Notes: generated by a model from the sequence alone, not told the origin. Positions 1 to 9,407 are shown, counted from the stretch's first letter. The stretch is DNA of 27,526 bases from Campylobacterota bacterium (GCA_051748365.1 JBNJHJ010000001.1:1-27526), one strand, 5' to 3'. Numbers and translations are program-made.

Positions 1-120
1 AATCACGCCCATGATGACGCGACTGTACCGTTTGATGTTGTGCCGCCCTCTGTCATGCTGAGCTTTCGAAACAGGTCGGTTTCACTGCACAGACCCTGAA
101 TATAGCAATACAACCACATT
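1..120 (-). ncRNA. Candidate structured non-coding RNA (possibly the Campylobacterota 6S/purD-motif RNA); may extend beyond the window start
   Basis: 53% GC over 1-100 versus 20% over 121-200. Nested stems pair 104-114 with 37-47, 89-93 with 49-53 and 79-84 with 67-72, and a second hairpin pairs 16-24 with 1-9. Several pairs are G-U only on the minus strand. A TAAAAT -10 box lies at 133-128. The identity is unverified. Confidence 0.55.
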
Positions 121-127
121 AAGAAAG

Positions 128-133
128 ATTTTA
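128..133 (-). promoter_or_regulatory. Putative sigma70 -10 box (TAAAAT) for the candidate ncRNA
   Basis: TAAAAT on the minus strand 7 nt upstream of the start of the GC-rich structured segment, with AT-rich sequence upstream. Confidence 0.4.
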
Positions 134-199
134 TTCTTAAATGTTAAAATTCATCTTTTGAATCTTGAGAAATTTCACTCAATAGATTAAAAATTTCAC

Positions 200-733
200 T
201 CACAACAGTTTTAAAATATCTTCTTCAATTTCGCTTGGTTTGGTGCTTGGGGCGTATCTTTTGAGTATGTTGCCCTCTTTATCGACTAAAAACTTTGTAA
301 AATTCCACTTAATGGCTTCACTGCCTAGCAATCCTTTGGAGTTTTCTTTGAGGTGTTTATAGAGCGGATGGGTGTTTTCTCCGTTGACATCAATTTTGCT
401 AAAGAGGTCAAACGATACGCCAAAATTGATCGAACAAAACTCTTCAATCTCTTCTTCGGTGCCCGGTTCTTGGGATAGAAATTGATTGCAGGGAAAGCCT
501 AGTATCGCTAATCCTTGTCGGGCATATTTTTGATGCAACTTTTGCAACCCTTCATACTGACTCGTAAAGCCGCACTTGCTTGCAACATTGACAATAAGCA
601 TCACTTTGTCTTTATACTTTGCCATCGTAAACTCTTCGCCGCTTATACTTTTGACCTCTATATCATAAATACTCATTGTTTCTTCTCCAAATAAAAATGT
701 GATCGATAATAATGCACTCAGTAGCAGTTTCAT
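200..733 (-). CDS. Glutathione peroxidase family protein (Cys-type, probably thioredoxin-dependent) with N-terminal signal peptide
   Basis: Motifs NVASKCGFT (Cys codon TGC, not Sec), GFPCNQF and WNFTKFLVD. Hydrophobic N-terminus MKLLLSALLSITFLFG. SD AAGGAG at 747-742. Confidence 0.93.
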   Translation of the reverse strand: MKLLLSALLSITFLFGEETMSIYDIEVKSISGEEFTMAKYKDKVMLIVNVASKCGFTSQYEGLQKLHQKYARQGLAILGFPCNQFLSQEPGTEEEIEEFCSINFGVSFDLFSKIDVNGENTHPLYKHLKENSKGLLGSEAIKWNFTKFLVDKEGNILKRYAPSTKPSEIEEDILKLL

Positions 734-758
734 CAGTTTGACTCCTTTGTATAAAAAG

Positions 759-767
759 ATTATACCA
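759..767 (-). promoter_or_regulatory. Extended -10 promoter (TGgTATAAT) of the peroxidase gene
   Basis: Perfect TGnTATAAT 26 nt upstream of the ATG, followed by the SD. Confidence 0.7.
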
Positions 768-772
768 TGAGT

Positions 773-1798
773 TTAAAACTCATCAAGGACTGCCCACTCA
801 TAAAAGGGCATCGCTTCGCATTTTACATTTTCTATCTCAAACTCAAAACTGCTGCTTACGGTAATGATAGTAATAGAGGTGACGCCTAGTTTTTTGTACT
901 CGCCGAAGTTTTTTTGTATCTTGACCCAGATCGCTTCTTCGCCGGCAAAGGGGTCAACTTTGATCAGTTTGCTGCCGATGAGGTAACTAGTAAGTTCGTA
1001 GTAGCTTGGGCAGAAGCCTTTTTTGACAAGTTCATTGACCACGAGATTTTGAAAAAGCGCGATAAAACCTGTATTGAGCGTCAGGGCATTGAGAAAGGGC
1101 TGGTGATGGACAAAGAGCTTTTTTTGTGCCTTTGGCGCTTTTGTTTTGGCTATAAAATAGATGTAGTTATTTGCAACAAGCCAATCAATGGTGCGGTATA
1201 GCCAATCTTTAGAGACTTTGTGCTCTTTTTTAAATTGCAGATAGACCTGATTTACACTCAAGGGTTTACTGCATTGAGTGCACAAAAAACTAAGCAGTCT
1301 TACAATGTTTTCATCTAAGGATGCTTTAATAAGAGTTTGTACCCCTCTATCTAAAGCGCCGTTTTTAAGGTAGAGATTAAAACTTTGCGTGGTTGTTTTT
1401 TGTGTAGTGGAGAGAAACTCTTCAAAATCAAAAGAGTATAGTTTGGTATAGACAAACCCCTCAAGCATAATTTTTTGTCTTGCAATAAGTATAATTTGAA
1501 TAGAAAGCTCAGGCAGGTTAAAGCTTGGGTTATAGTTGTCTAGGGCTAAAATTTCAATATTGTTTTCTTTTACAAAAGCACAGAGCAAGCCGATGTGAAA
1601 ATTTGTAACACGAATATCCCCAAGATCGAGATAGAGAAAATTTTTGTCGCTTTGGTGTAGATAGTCTAAACATAGATAACTCTTTCCCCCTTGAGAAGGT
1701 CCATATAAAAGGGTGTTGTGTTTGCTAAGCACTTTTTTTCGAGGAAGAAAGTTTTTGATTTGGGGCGGATTTTCATAAAAAAACTCTAAATATTTCAT
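773..1798 (-). CDS. ATP-binding protein, AAA_14/DUF4143-like (P-loop, central winged helix, C-terminal PFYEW end)
   Basis: Walker A GPSQGGKS, Walker B-like ILALDN, C-terminus AMPFYEWA and SD AAAGGA. It sits divergent from rpsJ, as does the H. pylori conserved ATP-binding protein. Confidence 0.75.
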   Translation of the reverse strand: MKYLEFFYENPPQIKNFLPRKKVLSKHNTLLYGPSQGGKSYLCLDYLHQSDKNFLYLDLGDIRVTNFHIGLLCAFVKENNIEILALDNYNPSFNLPELSIQIILIARQKIMLEGFVYTKLYSFDFEEFLSTTQKTTTQSFNLYLKNGALDRGVQTLIKASLDENIVRLLSFLCTQCSKPLSVNQVYLQFKKEHKVSKDWLYRTIDWLVANNYIYFIAKTKAPKAQKKLFVHHQPFLNALTLNTGFIALFQNLVVNELVKKGFCPSYYELTSYLIGSKLIKVDPFAGEEAIWVKIQKNFGEYKKLGVTSITIITVSSSFEFEIENVKCEAMPFYEWAVLDEF

Positions 1799-1830
1799 CG
1801 TTATCCTTTTTAGAAGGAAATATATTTTGA

Positions 1831-1836
1831 ATTTTA
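1831..1836 (-). promoter_or_regulatory. Putative -10 box (TAAAAT) for the ATPase gene
   Basis: TAAAAT on the minus strand about 33 nt upstream of the ATG, back-to-back with the S10 promoter. Confidence 0.4.
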
Positions 1837-1848
1837 CCCTAAAAAGGG

Positions 1849-1877
1849 TTGAAAAACAAGAGAGGTTGCAGTATAAT
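1849..1877 (+). promoter_or_regulatory. sigma70 promoter of the S10-spc operon
   Basis: TTGAAA (1849-1854), 17-bp spacer, TATAAT (1872-1877). Confidence 0.85.
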
Positions 1878-1883
1878 TTCGGT

Positions 1884-1933
1884 TCCTGATTATATGTCAG
1901 GCAAGACTGACGAGTTCTTTACAAGGAAAATTT
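1884..1933 (+). promoter_or_regulatory. S10 operon 5' leader with two mutually exclusive hairpins
   Basis: CCTGA (1885-1889) pairs with TCAGG (1897-1901), or GTCAG (1896-1900) pairs with CTGAC (1907-1911). Confidence 0.4.
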
Positions 1934-2245
1934 ATGGAAAAAATCAGACTTAAGCTTCAAGCTTATGATCATCGTGTCTTAGACCGTTCTGTTTCATCTA
2001 TTATGGATGCAGCAAAAAGAACAGGTGCTGAGATTAAGGGTCCAATCCCTATGCCTACGAAAAAGAAGAGATACACAGTGTTACGATCTCCTCACGTAAA
2101 CAAAGACGCACGTGAACAGTTCGAGATCAGAGTTCATGGAAGACTTATAGATATAGTTTCTGCAACACCGGATACGGTTGACTCACTTATGAAGTTAGAC
2201 CTAGCTCCCGAAGTTGATGTAGAAGTTAGATCTTTAGACAAGTAA
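1934..2245 (+). CDS. rpsJ: 30S ribosomal protein S10
   Basis: [16 protein letters not shown] and [16 protein letters not shown] motifs; first gene of the cluster. Confidence 0.99.
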   Translation: MEKIRLKLQAYDHRVLDRSVSSIMDAAKRTGAEIKGPIPMPTKKKRYTVLRSPHVNKDAREQFEIRVHGRLIDIVSATPDTVDSLMKLDLAPEVDVEVRSLDK

Positions 2246-2255
2246 GGAGTGGTAA

Positions 2256-2834
2256 ATGGAATTTTTAGTTGAAAAGATCGGTATGAGTAGAACGGTTGCG
2301 GTACCGAGTGTTCCTGTCACTCTTTTGAAGCTCAAAGACGTGAAAGTTTGTGAAGTTAACGAAGACGGTAGCGCGCTTGTTGCGTACCAAAGCGGTAAAA
2401 AAACAAACAAAGCGATTGAGGGACAACAAAAGAAGTACAATTTAGACAAGAATTATAATAGATTCAAAACTCTAAAGGTAAGTAACAGTGAAGCAGGTGA
2501 TTTAGATACTGCAGCACTAAGCGAAGCAAAAACGATCAAAACATCGTTTAACTCTAAAGGTAGAGGTTTTAGCGGTGTTATTAAAAGACACGGTTTCGCA
2601 GGTGGTCCGGCTAGTCACGGTTCGAGATTCCACAGAAGAGTGGGTTCAATCGGTATGGCGGAGTTCCCCGGACGTGTAATGCCGGGTAAAAAGATGCCCG
2701 GTCAATACGGAAACAAGATCAATACCGTAAAAAATGAGGTTATCTCATTTGATACTGAAAACGGTGTTATCGTTGTAAAAGGTTCAATCCCCGGTGCAAA
2801 CGGTGCTATGGGTGTAGTAAAGGTTGTGAAATGA
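2256..2834 (+). CDS. rplC: 50S ribosomal protein L3
   Basis: [21 protein letters not shown] and MPGQYG motifs; synteny. Confidence 0.99.
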   Translation: MEFLVEKIGMSRTVAVPSVPVTLLKLKDVKVCEVNEDGSALVAYQSGKKTNKAIEGQQKKYNLDKNYNRFKTLKVSNSEAGDLDTAALSEAKTIKTSFNSKGRGFSGVIKRHGFAGGPASHGSRFHRRVGSIGMAEFPGRVMPGKKMPGQYGNKINTVKNEVISFDTENGVIVVKGSIPGANGAMGVVKVVK

Positions 2835-3442
2835 AAGCAATAGTATTAAACGAAAAGCTAGAAAATAGCGGCGAATTGGCGCTTCCTGAAAGCTTTGCGA
2901 ATGTGCATCCGCATAACTTATATCTGTATGCAAAAGCATATGCTTCAGGTGTAAGAGCAAATACTGCTAGTGCAAAAACGCGAAGCGAAGTAAGCGGTGG
3001 CGGTAAGAAGCCATGGGCGCAAAAAGGCGGCGGACGAGCAAGAGCAGGAAGTACAAGATCTCCTCTATTTGTCGGCGGTGGCGTTATTTTTGGACCAAAA
3101 GCAAACAGAAACTACGAGCAAAAAGTAAATAAAAAGCAAAAAAAGCTTGCACTTAAAGCGGCAGTTGCTGAAAAAGCGGCAAACGGGAAACTTTTTGTTG
3201 TTGATACTTGCGCTGTAGAAAGCGGTAAAACAAAAGAAGCATCAGCTATGCTAAACACGCTGAATGTAAAAGATGCTTTGATTGTTAAAGAGTTGATTGA
3301 CGATAAAACATACTTGGCATTTAGAAACTTAAAAGATGCATATCTTATTGAGCCAAATGAACTAAATGCTTATTTAGCGGCAGCTTATACATCTATTGTA
3401 TTAGAAAAAGCTGTTTGGGAAAAATTAACAAACGAGGGCTAA
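2831..3442 (+). CDS. rplD: 50S ribosomal protein L4
   Basis: [25 protein letters not shown] motif; synteny. Confidence 0.99.
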   Translation: MKAIVLNEKLENSGELALPESFANVHPHNLYLYAKAYASGVRANTASAKTRSEVSGGGKKPWAQKGGGRARAGSTRSPLFVGGGVIFGPKANRNYEQKVNKKQKKLALKAAVAEKAANGKLFVVDTCAVESGKTKEASAMLNTLNVKDALIVKELIDDKTYLAFRNLKDAYLIEPNELNAYLAAAYTSIVLEKAVWEKLTNEG

Positions 3443-3443
3443 G

Positions 3444-3725
3444 ATGGCAGATATTACAGATATAAAATCGATCCTTTACACGGAAAAAACACTCAATCTT
3501 CAAGAAGATGGTGTAATCGTTGTACAAACTAGTCCTAAGATGACAAAAAACAGCTTAAAGCAGGTTTTTAAAGAGTACTTCGATATAAAACCTGTAAGGG
3601 TGAATGCTCTTAGACAAAAGGGTAAGGTTAAGAGATTTAGAGGTAAAGAGGGTAAAAGAGTAGACTTTAAAAAGTTTTACGTGAAATTACCAGCAGATGC
3701 GAACATTGAAAGCTTGGCGGTATAA
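3444..3725 (+). CDS. rplW: 50S ribosomal protein L23
   Basis: YTEKT, KVKRFRG and KKFYVKL motifs; synteny. Confidence 0.98.
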   Translation: MADITDIKSILYTEKTLNLQEDGVIVVQTSPKMTKNSLKQVFKEYFDIKPVRVNALRQKGKVKRFRGKEGKRVDFKKFYVKLPADANIESLAV

Positions 3726-3734
3726 GGATAGATA

Positions 3735-4571
3735 ATGGCGATTAAACATTACAAACCAACTTCACCGGGTCGAAGATATATCACAAACGTAGATAGTAGT
3801 GATATTACTTCAAAGCCTACGGTTAGAAAGTTGCTAAAGAAACTGCCTGTAACTTCAGGTAGAAATAATAACGGTAGAATCACCTCAAGACACAAAGAGG
3901 GTGGTGCTAAAAAACTCTATAGAATTATAGATTTTAAAAGAAACAAGTTTAATGTTCCTGCTACGGTTGCAACTATCGAGTACGATCCATATAGAAACTG
4001 TAGAATCTGCTTACTTCACTACGCTGATGGAGATAAAAGATATATCATCCAGCCGCAAGGTCTTAAAGTAGGCGATACTGTAGAAGCAGCAGAGAGTGGA
4101 CTTGATATTGTTACGGGTAATGCGATGAAGATCAAAAGCATTCCGGTAGGGACAATTGTTCATAATGTTGAGATGAAGCCCGGAAAAGGCGGACAGCTTG
4201 TACGAAGTGCCGGTGGATATGCTCAGATTGCAGGTAGAGATAGCAAATACGTATCTGTACGATTACCAAGCGGTGAGATGAGATATGTTTTAGGTGAGTG
4301 TATGGCAACAGTCGGTACGGTAGGAAACTCAGAGTTTGCTAACATCGTCGGTGGAAAAGCCGGACGAAGCAGACACAAAGGGATCAGACCGCAAACAAGA
4401 GGTAGTGCGATGAACCCGATCGATCACCCGCACGGTGGTGGTGAAGGGAAGAAAAACTCTGGACGACATCCGGTTACGCCTTGGGGTATGCCTACTAAAG
4501 GTTTCAAAACTCGAAAGAAAAAAGCTAGTGATAAATTGATTATCTCTAGAAGAAAAAATAGAAAGAGGTAA
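3735..4571 (+). CDS. rplB: 50S ribosomal protein L2
   Basis: [16 protein letters not shown] and [17 protein letters not shown] motifs. Confidence 0.99.
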   Translation: MAIKHYKPTSPGRRYITNVDSSDITSKPTVRKLLKKLPVTSGRNNNGRITSRHKEGGAKKLYRIIDFKRNKFNVPATVATIEYDPYRNCRICLLHYADGDKRYIIQPQGLKVGDTVEAAESGLDIVTGNAMKIKSIPVGTIVHNVEMKPGKGGQLVRSAGGYAQIAGRDSKYVSVRLPSGEMRYVLGECMATVGTVGNSEFANIVGGKAGRSRHKGIRPQTRGSAMNPIDHPHGGGEGKKNSGRHPVTPWGMPTKGFKTRKKKASDKLIISRRKNRKR

Positions 4572-4574
4572 GCG

Positions 4575-4850
4575 ATGGCTAGATCAGTAAAAAAAGGTCC
4601 ATTCGTAGATGACCACTTGATTAAAAAAGTGACAAAAGCAAAAGAGGAGAAGTCAAAAAAACCAATTAAAACTTGGTCAAGAAGATCGGTAATTTTACCG
4701 GATATGATTGGTTTGACTTTAAATGTACATAACGGAAGAGATTTTGTACCTGTATACGTAACAGAAAACCATGTTGGCTATAAACTAGGAGAATTTGCAC
4801 CTTCTAGAACATTTAAAGGCCACAAGGGTACTGTACAAAAGAAAGGTTAG
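4575..4850 (+). CDS. rpsS: 30S ribosomal protein S19
   Basis: [18 protein letters not shown] and GYKLGEFAP motifs. Confidence 0.99.
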   Translation: MARSVKKGPFVDDHLIKKVTKAKEEKSKKPIKTWSRRSVILPDMIGLTLNVHNGRDFVPVYVTENHVGYKLGEFAPSRTFKGHKGTVQKKG

Positions 4851-4859
4851 GGGTAGACT

Positions 4860-5177
4860 ATGAGTAAAGCAACACTAAAATTTATAAGACTATCACCTAC
4901 AAAAGCAAGATTGGTTGCAAGAGAGATTCAGGGTATGAACGCGGAACTTGCACTTGCTACTTTAGAGTTCATGCCAAATAAAGCGGCAAAAGTTATTTCA
5001 AAAGTTTTAGCTTCTGCTGTTGCAAACGGTGATTTTGAGCCTGAAGAGGTAACGGTAGCTTCTTGTACGATCGATAAGGGTCCGACTCTAAAAAGATTTA
5101 GACCACGAGCAAGAGGTAGAGCTAGCAAAATTCTAAAACCGACTTCACATGTAAATGTGATTGTTGAAAAGATTTAA
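4860..5177 (+). CDS. rplV: 50S ribosomal protein L22
   Basis: [10 protein letters not shown] and [11 protein letters not shown] motifs. Confidence 0.99.
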   Translation: MSKATLKFIRLSPTKARLVAREIQGMNAELALATLEFMPNKAAKVISKVLASAVANGDFEPEEVTVASCTIDKGPTLKRFRPRARGRASKILKPTSHVNVIVEKI

Positions 5178-5186
5178 GGAAACTTA

Positions 5187-5879
5187 ATGGGACAAAAAGT
5201 TAATCCAATAGGTATAAGATTAGGAATCAACAGAAACTGGGAATCAAGATGGTTTCCAAGTAAAGAAAGAACTCCTGAATTTATAGCCGAAGACGATAAG
5301 ATTAGAAAGTTTTTGAAAAAAGAGCTTTACTATGCAGGTGTTAGTTCGATCATCATTGAGAGAACGGCAAAGAAGTTAAGAGTTTCTATCGTATCTGCAA
5401 GACCGGGTATCATTATCGGTAAAAAAGGTGCAGATATAGAGAAGTTGAAAAACAGATTGCAAAAGTTAGTTCAAAAAGATGTTTCTCTAAATATTAAAGA
5501 GGAAAAAAGACCTCAAGCTTCGGCACAACTTGCAGCAGAAAATGTTGCGATCTCACTTGAAAGACGTGTTGCATTTAGACGTGCGATGAAAAAAGTTATT
5601 CAAGGGGCGATGAAAAGCGGTGCTAAGGGGATTAAAGTATCTGTTGCCGGAAGACTCGGCGGAGCTGATATGGCGAGAACTGAATGGTATAGAGAGGGAC
5701 GTGTACCTCTGCAAACTTTAAGAGCGAAGCTTGACTACGGATATGCTGAAGCACAAACAACCTATGGAATCATCGGTATCAAAGTATGGATCTTTAAGGG
5801 TGAGGTATTGCAAAAAGGTATCCAAAGTGAGCCAGCTGAGAGCAAGAGAAGAAAACCTAGCAAAAGAAGAGGTAACTAA
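5187..5879 (+). CDS. rpsC: 30S ribosomal protein S3
   Basis: [22 protein letters not shown] and [10 protein letters not shown] motifs. Confidence 0.99.
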   Translation: MGQKVNPIGIRLGINRNWESRWFPSKERTPEFIAEDDKIRKFLKKELYYAGVSSIIIERTAKKLRVSIVSARPGIIIGKKGADIEKLKNRLQKLVQKDVSLNIKEEKRPQASAQLAAENVAISLERRVAFRRAMKKVIQGAMKSGAKGIKVSVAGRLGGADMARTEWYREGRVPLQTLRAKLDYGYAEAQTTYGIIGIKVWIFKGEVLQKGIQSEPAESKRRKPSKRRGN

Positions 5880-5881
5880 TC

Positions 5882-6307
5882 ATGTTGATGCCAAAAAGAA
5901 CTAAATATAGAAAGCAGATGAAGGGTCGAAATAGAGGAAAAGCCTTTAGAGGAAACCAGCTTGAGTTTGGTACTATCGGTATCAAAGCGGTTACTTCAGG
6001 ACGAATTAACTCTAGACAGATCGAAGCTGCTAGGATTGCGATGACAAGAAAGTTAAACAGAGAGGGAAAATCTTGGTTACGAGTATTTCCTGATAAGCCA
6101 CTTACTAAAAAGCCTCTTGAAACAAGAATGGGTAAAGGTAAAGGTTCTGTTGAAGAGTGGGTAATGAATATCAAGCCCGGAAGAATTATTTATGAAGTAG
6201 CGGGTGTTGACACGGCTAGAGCAAAAGAAGCGTTAACTTTGGCTATTCATAAATTGCCTTTTAAAGCAAAAATTGTGAGTAACGAGGATAGACATGAAGT
6301 ATACTGA
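5882..6307 (+). CDS. rplP: 50S ribosomal protein L16
   Basis: [16 protein letters not shown] and RMGKGKG motifs. Confidence 0.99.
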   Translation: MLMPKRTKYRKQMKGRNRGKAFRGNQLEFGTIGIKAVTSGRINSRQIEAARIAMTRKLNREGKSWLRVFPDKPLTKKPLETRMGKGKGSVEEWVMNIKPGRIIYEVAGVDTARAKEALTLAIHKLPFKAKIVSNEDRHEVY

Positions 6308-6488
6308 GATTGCAGACAAAAGTCTTGAGGATTTAACAAAGTTACTAAAAGAGAAAAAGCTAGAGCTTTTCACACTAAGAGCGAAATTGAAAACAATGCA
6401 GCTTCAAGATAGTAGTGAAATAAGAAAAACAAGAAAAGATATTGCTAAGATTCGCACAGCATTGACTGCTGCATCTAAAGCAAACTAA
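6294..6488 (+). CDS. rpmC: 50S ribosomal protein L29
   Basis: 64 aa; LFTLR and [11 protein letters not shown] motifs; lies between rplP and rpsQ. Confidence 0.97.
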   Translation: MKYTEIADKSLEDLTKLLKEKKLELFTLRAKLKTMQLQDSSEIRKTRKDIAKIRTALTAASKAN

Positions 6489-6501
6489 AAAGGGTATAAC
6501 G

Positions 6502-6753
6502 ATGCCAAAAAGACAAATTCAGGGAACTGTTGTAAAAAAAGCAGGAGAGAAAACTGCTACAGTTTTGGTTGAAAGAAAGGTTTTGCATCCAAGATACCAT
6601 AAAACTGTAAAAAGATTTAAAAAGTATCTTGTGCATGATGAGAGTTCATCAGCAAATATTGGTGATGTAGTAACGGCTATTGAGTGTAGACCGCTATCAA
6701 AAACAAAGTCTTACAGACTTGTTGAAATTGTTGAATCAGGAGAGGGAAAATGA
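6502..6753 (+). CDS. rpsQ: 30S ribosomal protein S17
   Basis: [14 protein letters not shown] and ECRPLSKTK motifs. Confidence 0.99.
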   Translation: MPKRQIQGTVVKKAGEKTATVLVERKVLHPRYHKTVKRFKKYLVHDESSSANIGDVVTAIECRPLSKTKSYRLVEIVESGEGK

Positions 6754-7118
6754 TTCAGAGTTTTACAAGATTAAACGTAGCTGACAATAGCGGTGCAAAA
6801 GAGATTATGTGTATCAAAGTTTTAGGTGGATCTAAAAGACGATACGCATCAGTTGGTGATGTGATTGTTGCTTCTGTTAAAAAAGCACTACCTGATGGAA
6901 AAGTAAAAAAAGGTCAGGTTGTTAAAGCAGTAGTTGTAAGAACACACAAAGAGGTTCAAAGAGAAAACGGTTCAATCATCCGATTTGATGACAATGCTGC
7001 CGTTATTCTTGATGGTAAGAGAGATCCAATCGGTACACGGATTTTTGGTCCTGTAGCTAGAGAGGTTAGATATGCTAACTTCATGAAGATTGTTTCACTT
7101 GCTCCGGAGGTTTTATAA
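6750..7118 (+). CDS. rplN: 50S ribosomal protein L14
   Basis: [15 protein letters not shown] and [11 protein letters not shown] motifs. It overlaps rpsQ by 4 nt, so S10 and spc are fused. Confidence 0.99.
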   Translation: MIQSFTRLNVADNSGAKEIMCIKVLGGSKRRYASVGDVIVASVKKALPDGKVKKGQVVKAVVVRTHKEVQRENGSIIRFDDNAAVILDGKRDPIGTRIFGPVAREVRYANFMKIVSLAPEVL

Positions 7119-7348
7119 TGACAAAGTTAAAAATCAAAAAGGGCGATACGGTAATGGTTATCGCCGGAGATGACAAGGGTAAAGAGGGTGAAGTACTCAA
7201 AGTATTGCCTAAGAAAAATGCGGTTTTAGTAAAAGATTGCAAAGTGGTGAAAAAGAGTGTTAAGCCTACAGAGAAAAACCCTGATGGCGGACATGTGATG
7301 CAAGAGATGCCAATTGACGTATCAAATGTTAAGAAAGTAGAGGCATAG
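7118..7348 (+). CDS. rplX: 50S ribosomal protein L24 (short form)
   Basis: [18 protein letters not shown] (KOW) and EMPIDVSNV motifs. Confidence 0.98.
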   Translation: MTKLKIKKGDTVMVIAGDDKGKEGEVLKVLPKKNAVLVKDCKVVKKSVKPTEKNPDGGHVMQEMPIDVSNVKKVEA

Positions 7349-7350
7349 TT

Positions 7351-7890
7351 ATGAGTTTAAGACAAAAATATAACGATATGATTCCTACGCTTCAAGAAAA
7401 GTGCGAAATTAAAAATGCTATGCGTACGCCAAGAGTTGAAAAAGTGATCATTAGTGTCGGTGTAGGTAAAGACGGACAGGATAAAAAAATTCTTCAAAGC
7501 ATCACAGATACTATCAGTTTGATCAGCGGTCAAAAAGCGATGGTAACTGAAGCAAAGAAGAGTATCGCCGGATTTAAAGCGAGAGAGGGAATGCCAAGTG
7601 GTATTAAAGTGACGCTAAGAGGCGCAAATATGTATAACTTCTTAGAAAAACTGATCTCAATCGCACTTCCTAGAGTGAAAGACTTTAGAGGAGTATCTGC
7701 AAAAGGGTTTGACGGACGTGGAAACTACAGCTTTGGTCTTGATGAGCAGTTGATGTTTCCTGAAGTTGTGTATGATGATGTTATCGTTACACACGGGATG
7801 AATATAACAATAGTTACAAGTACTGAAAGTGATAAAGAATCTTATACACTTTTAGAGATGCTTGGACTACCATTTGCAAAAGGAAGATAG
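7351..7890 (+). CDS. rplE: 50S ribosomal protein L5
   Basis: [22 protein letters not shown] and FDGRGNYS motifs. Confidence 0.99.
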   Translation: MSLRQKYNDMIPTLQEKCEIKNAMRTPRVEKVIISVGVGKDGQDKKILQSITDTISLISGQKAMVTEAKKSIAGFKAREGMPSGIKVTLRGANMYNFLEKLISIALPRVKDFRGVSAKGFDGRGNYSFGLDEQLMFPEVVYDDVIVTHGMNITIVTSTESDKESYTLLEMLGLPFAKGR

Positions 7891-8076
7891 ATGGCAAAAA
7901 AATCTATGATTGCAAAAGCAAAAAGAACAGCCAAATTCTCAACAAGAGAATATACAAGATGTAATATTTGTGGAAGACCACATTCGGTTTATAAGGATTT
8001 TGGTCTTTGCAGAATTTGCTTACGAAAAATGGCAAACGAGGGAAAAATTCCCGGTATGCGTAAAGCTAGCTGGTAA
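7891..8076 (+). CDS. rpsN: 30S ribosomal protein S14, zinc-binding type Z
   Basis: 61 aa with CNIC and CRIC zinc knuckles; ends KASW. Confidence 0.98.
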   Translation: MAKKSMIAKAKRTAKFSTREYTRCNICGRPHSVYKDFGLCRICLRKMANEGKIPGMRKASW

Positions 8077-8088
8077 GGAGTATAGGAT

Positions 8089-8484
8089 ATGATGACAGAT
8101 GTAGTAGCTGATTCACTAGCTAGAATAAAAAATGCGGCAAATAGAAGAATAGATACTCAGGATTTGATGTTTTCAAATACGGTTGAGTCTATTGTAAAGA
8201 TTTTAGTTGACAAGGGATACCTTGAAACATACAAAATCAAAGAAAACGGCAACATCAAAACGATTGCTGCAACACTTAAGTATGATGATAATGGAAGAAG
8301 CCTTATTACAGAACTTAAGAGAGTCTCTAAGCCCGGTAGAAGAGTTTACAAGGGTGCAACAGAGGTAAAATCTTTTAAAAATGGATACGGTTCTTACATT
8401 ATCTCAACATCAAAAGGTGTTATGGCCAATGACGAAGCTTACAAAAACAATGTAGGCGGCGAAGTACTTTGTAGTATTTGGTAA
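8089..8484 (+). CDS. rpsH: 30S ribosomal protein S8
   Basis: RVSKPGRRVY, STSKGVM and GGEVLCSIW motifs. Confidence 0.99.
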   Translation: MMTDVVADSLARIKNAANRRIDTQDLMFSNTVESIVKILVDKGYLETYKIKENGNIKTIAATLKYDDNGRSLITELKRVSKPGRRVYKGATEVKSFKNGYGSYIISTSKGVMANDEAYKNNVGGEVLCSIW

Positions 8485-8494
8485 GGATTAGAGT

Positions 8495-9031
8495 ATGTCA
8501 AGAATTGGTAAAAGACCTGTAGCAATAGCAAAGGGAATCGATTGTAAGGTTGAGGGAACAAAGCTCATCGTTACAAAAGGTAAAATTTCTGAAGAGTTAG
8601 AAACACATGGAAGAGTTAACCTCGAAGTTGCTGACAATGTAGTGACTTTTGGACTCAAAAGTGACGAAAAGCAATCAAGAGCGTATTGGGGAACCTATAG
8701 AGCACTTTTTAATAATATTATTGAGGGGCTTGATAAAGGGTTTACAAAAACATTAGAATTTACCGGTGTCGGTTATAGAGCGCAGGTAAAAGGAGATGTT
8801 TTAAACCTCCAACTTGGATTTTCACACGATATCAATTATGAGATTCCTCAACACATTGAGATCGCTGTAGAAAAAAACACAATTACCGTAAAAGGTCACA
8901 GCAAGCAGCAAGTCGGTCAAGTAGCAGCTGAAATCAGAGAGTTTAGACCACCGGAGCCTTACAAAGGTAAAGGTGTAAAATACGCTGATGAAGTTATTAT
9001 TAGAAAAGCCGGTAAAGCGGCAGGTAGTTAG
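8495..9031 (+). CDS. rplF: 50S ribosomal protein L6
   Basis: [14 protein letters not shown] and [10 protein letters not shown] motifs. Confidence 0.99.
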   Translation: MSRIGKRPVAIAKGIDCKVEGTKLIVTKGKISEELETHGRVNLEVADNVVTFGLKSDEKQSRAYWGTYRALFNNIIEGLDKGFTKTLEFTGVGYRAQVKGDVLNLQLGFSHDINYEIPQHIEIAVEKNTITVKGHSKQQVGQVAAEIREFRPPEPYKGKGVKYADEVIIRKAGKAAGS

Positions 9032-9040
9032 GAGTAGATG

Positions 9041-9397
9041 ATGAATAGCGCGATTCAAAAAACACGAACACTGAAAAAAGCAAGAAGAAAAGCTAGAGTA
9101 AGAAAAAAAATCTACGGAACTGCAAGCAAGCCAAGAGTTACTGTTTACAGATCTAATAAAAACTTTACGGCTCAAGCCATTGATGACGTAAACGGAGTTA
9201 CTATTGCGGCAGTTAACGGTGCAAAAGAGGGTAACAAAAACACTGTTGCAGGCGTACAAGAGAGTGCAAAAGCATTTGCTGATGCATTGAAAGCTAAAGA
9301 TGTAACTGAAGCTGTATATGATAGAAGCGGATACTTGTATCATGGTGTTATTAAAGCATTTGCCGATGCTTTAAGAGACAACGGCATTAAGCTATAA
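9041..9397 (+). CDS. rplR: 50S ribosomal protein L18
   Basis: [21 protein letters not shown] and LRDNGIKL motifs. The second ATG (9041) is chosen from SD AGGAG spacing; 9038 is the alternative. Confidence 0.98.
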   Translation: MNSAIQKTRTLKKARRKARVRKKIYGTASKPRVTVYRSNKNFTAQAIDDVNGVTIAAVNGAKEGNKNTVAGVQESAKAFADALKAKDVTEAVYDRSGYLYHGVIKAFADALRDNGIKL

Positions 9398-9407
9398 AGG
9401 GAAGTTG

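Noticed and set aside
1-120. Reading the GC-rich edge segment as a CDS, selenoprotein, tRNA, SRP RNA or known riboswitch
   Set aside because: Frames are short or interrupted with no SD; there is no cloverleaf, no SRP CAGG-GNRA-AGCAG arrangement, and no TPP, SAM, FMN or c-di-GMP consensus that I could match.
142-150. Plus-strand TGTTAAAAT pointing into the 3' end of the peroxidase gene (possible antisense promoter)
   Set aside because: Such motifs arise easily in 20% GC sequence and there is no other support; only TSS data could revive it.
2990-3060. L4 loop variant ([12 protein letters not shown]) as a macrolide-resistance allele
   Set aside because: As I recall, this form matches Helicobacter-type wild-type L4, and the L22 loop has no insertion.
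7910-8092. 60-aa ORF overlapping rpsN on the same strand
   Set aside because: An out-of-frame shadow of rpsN; it is not rpmD or any recognisable protein.
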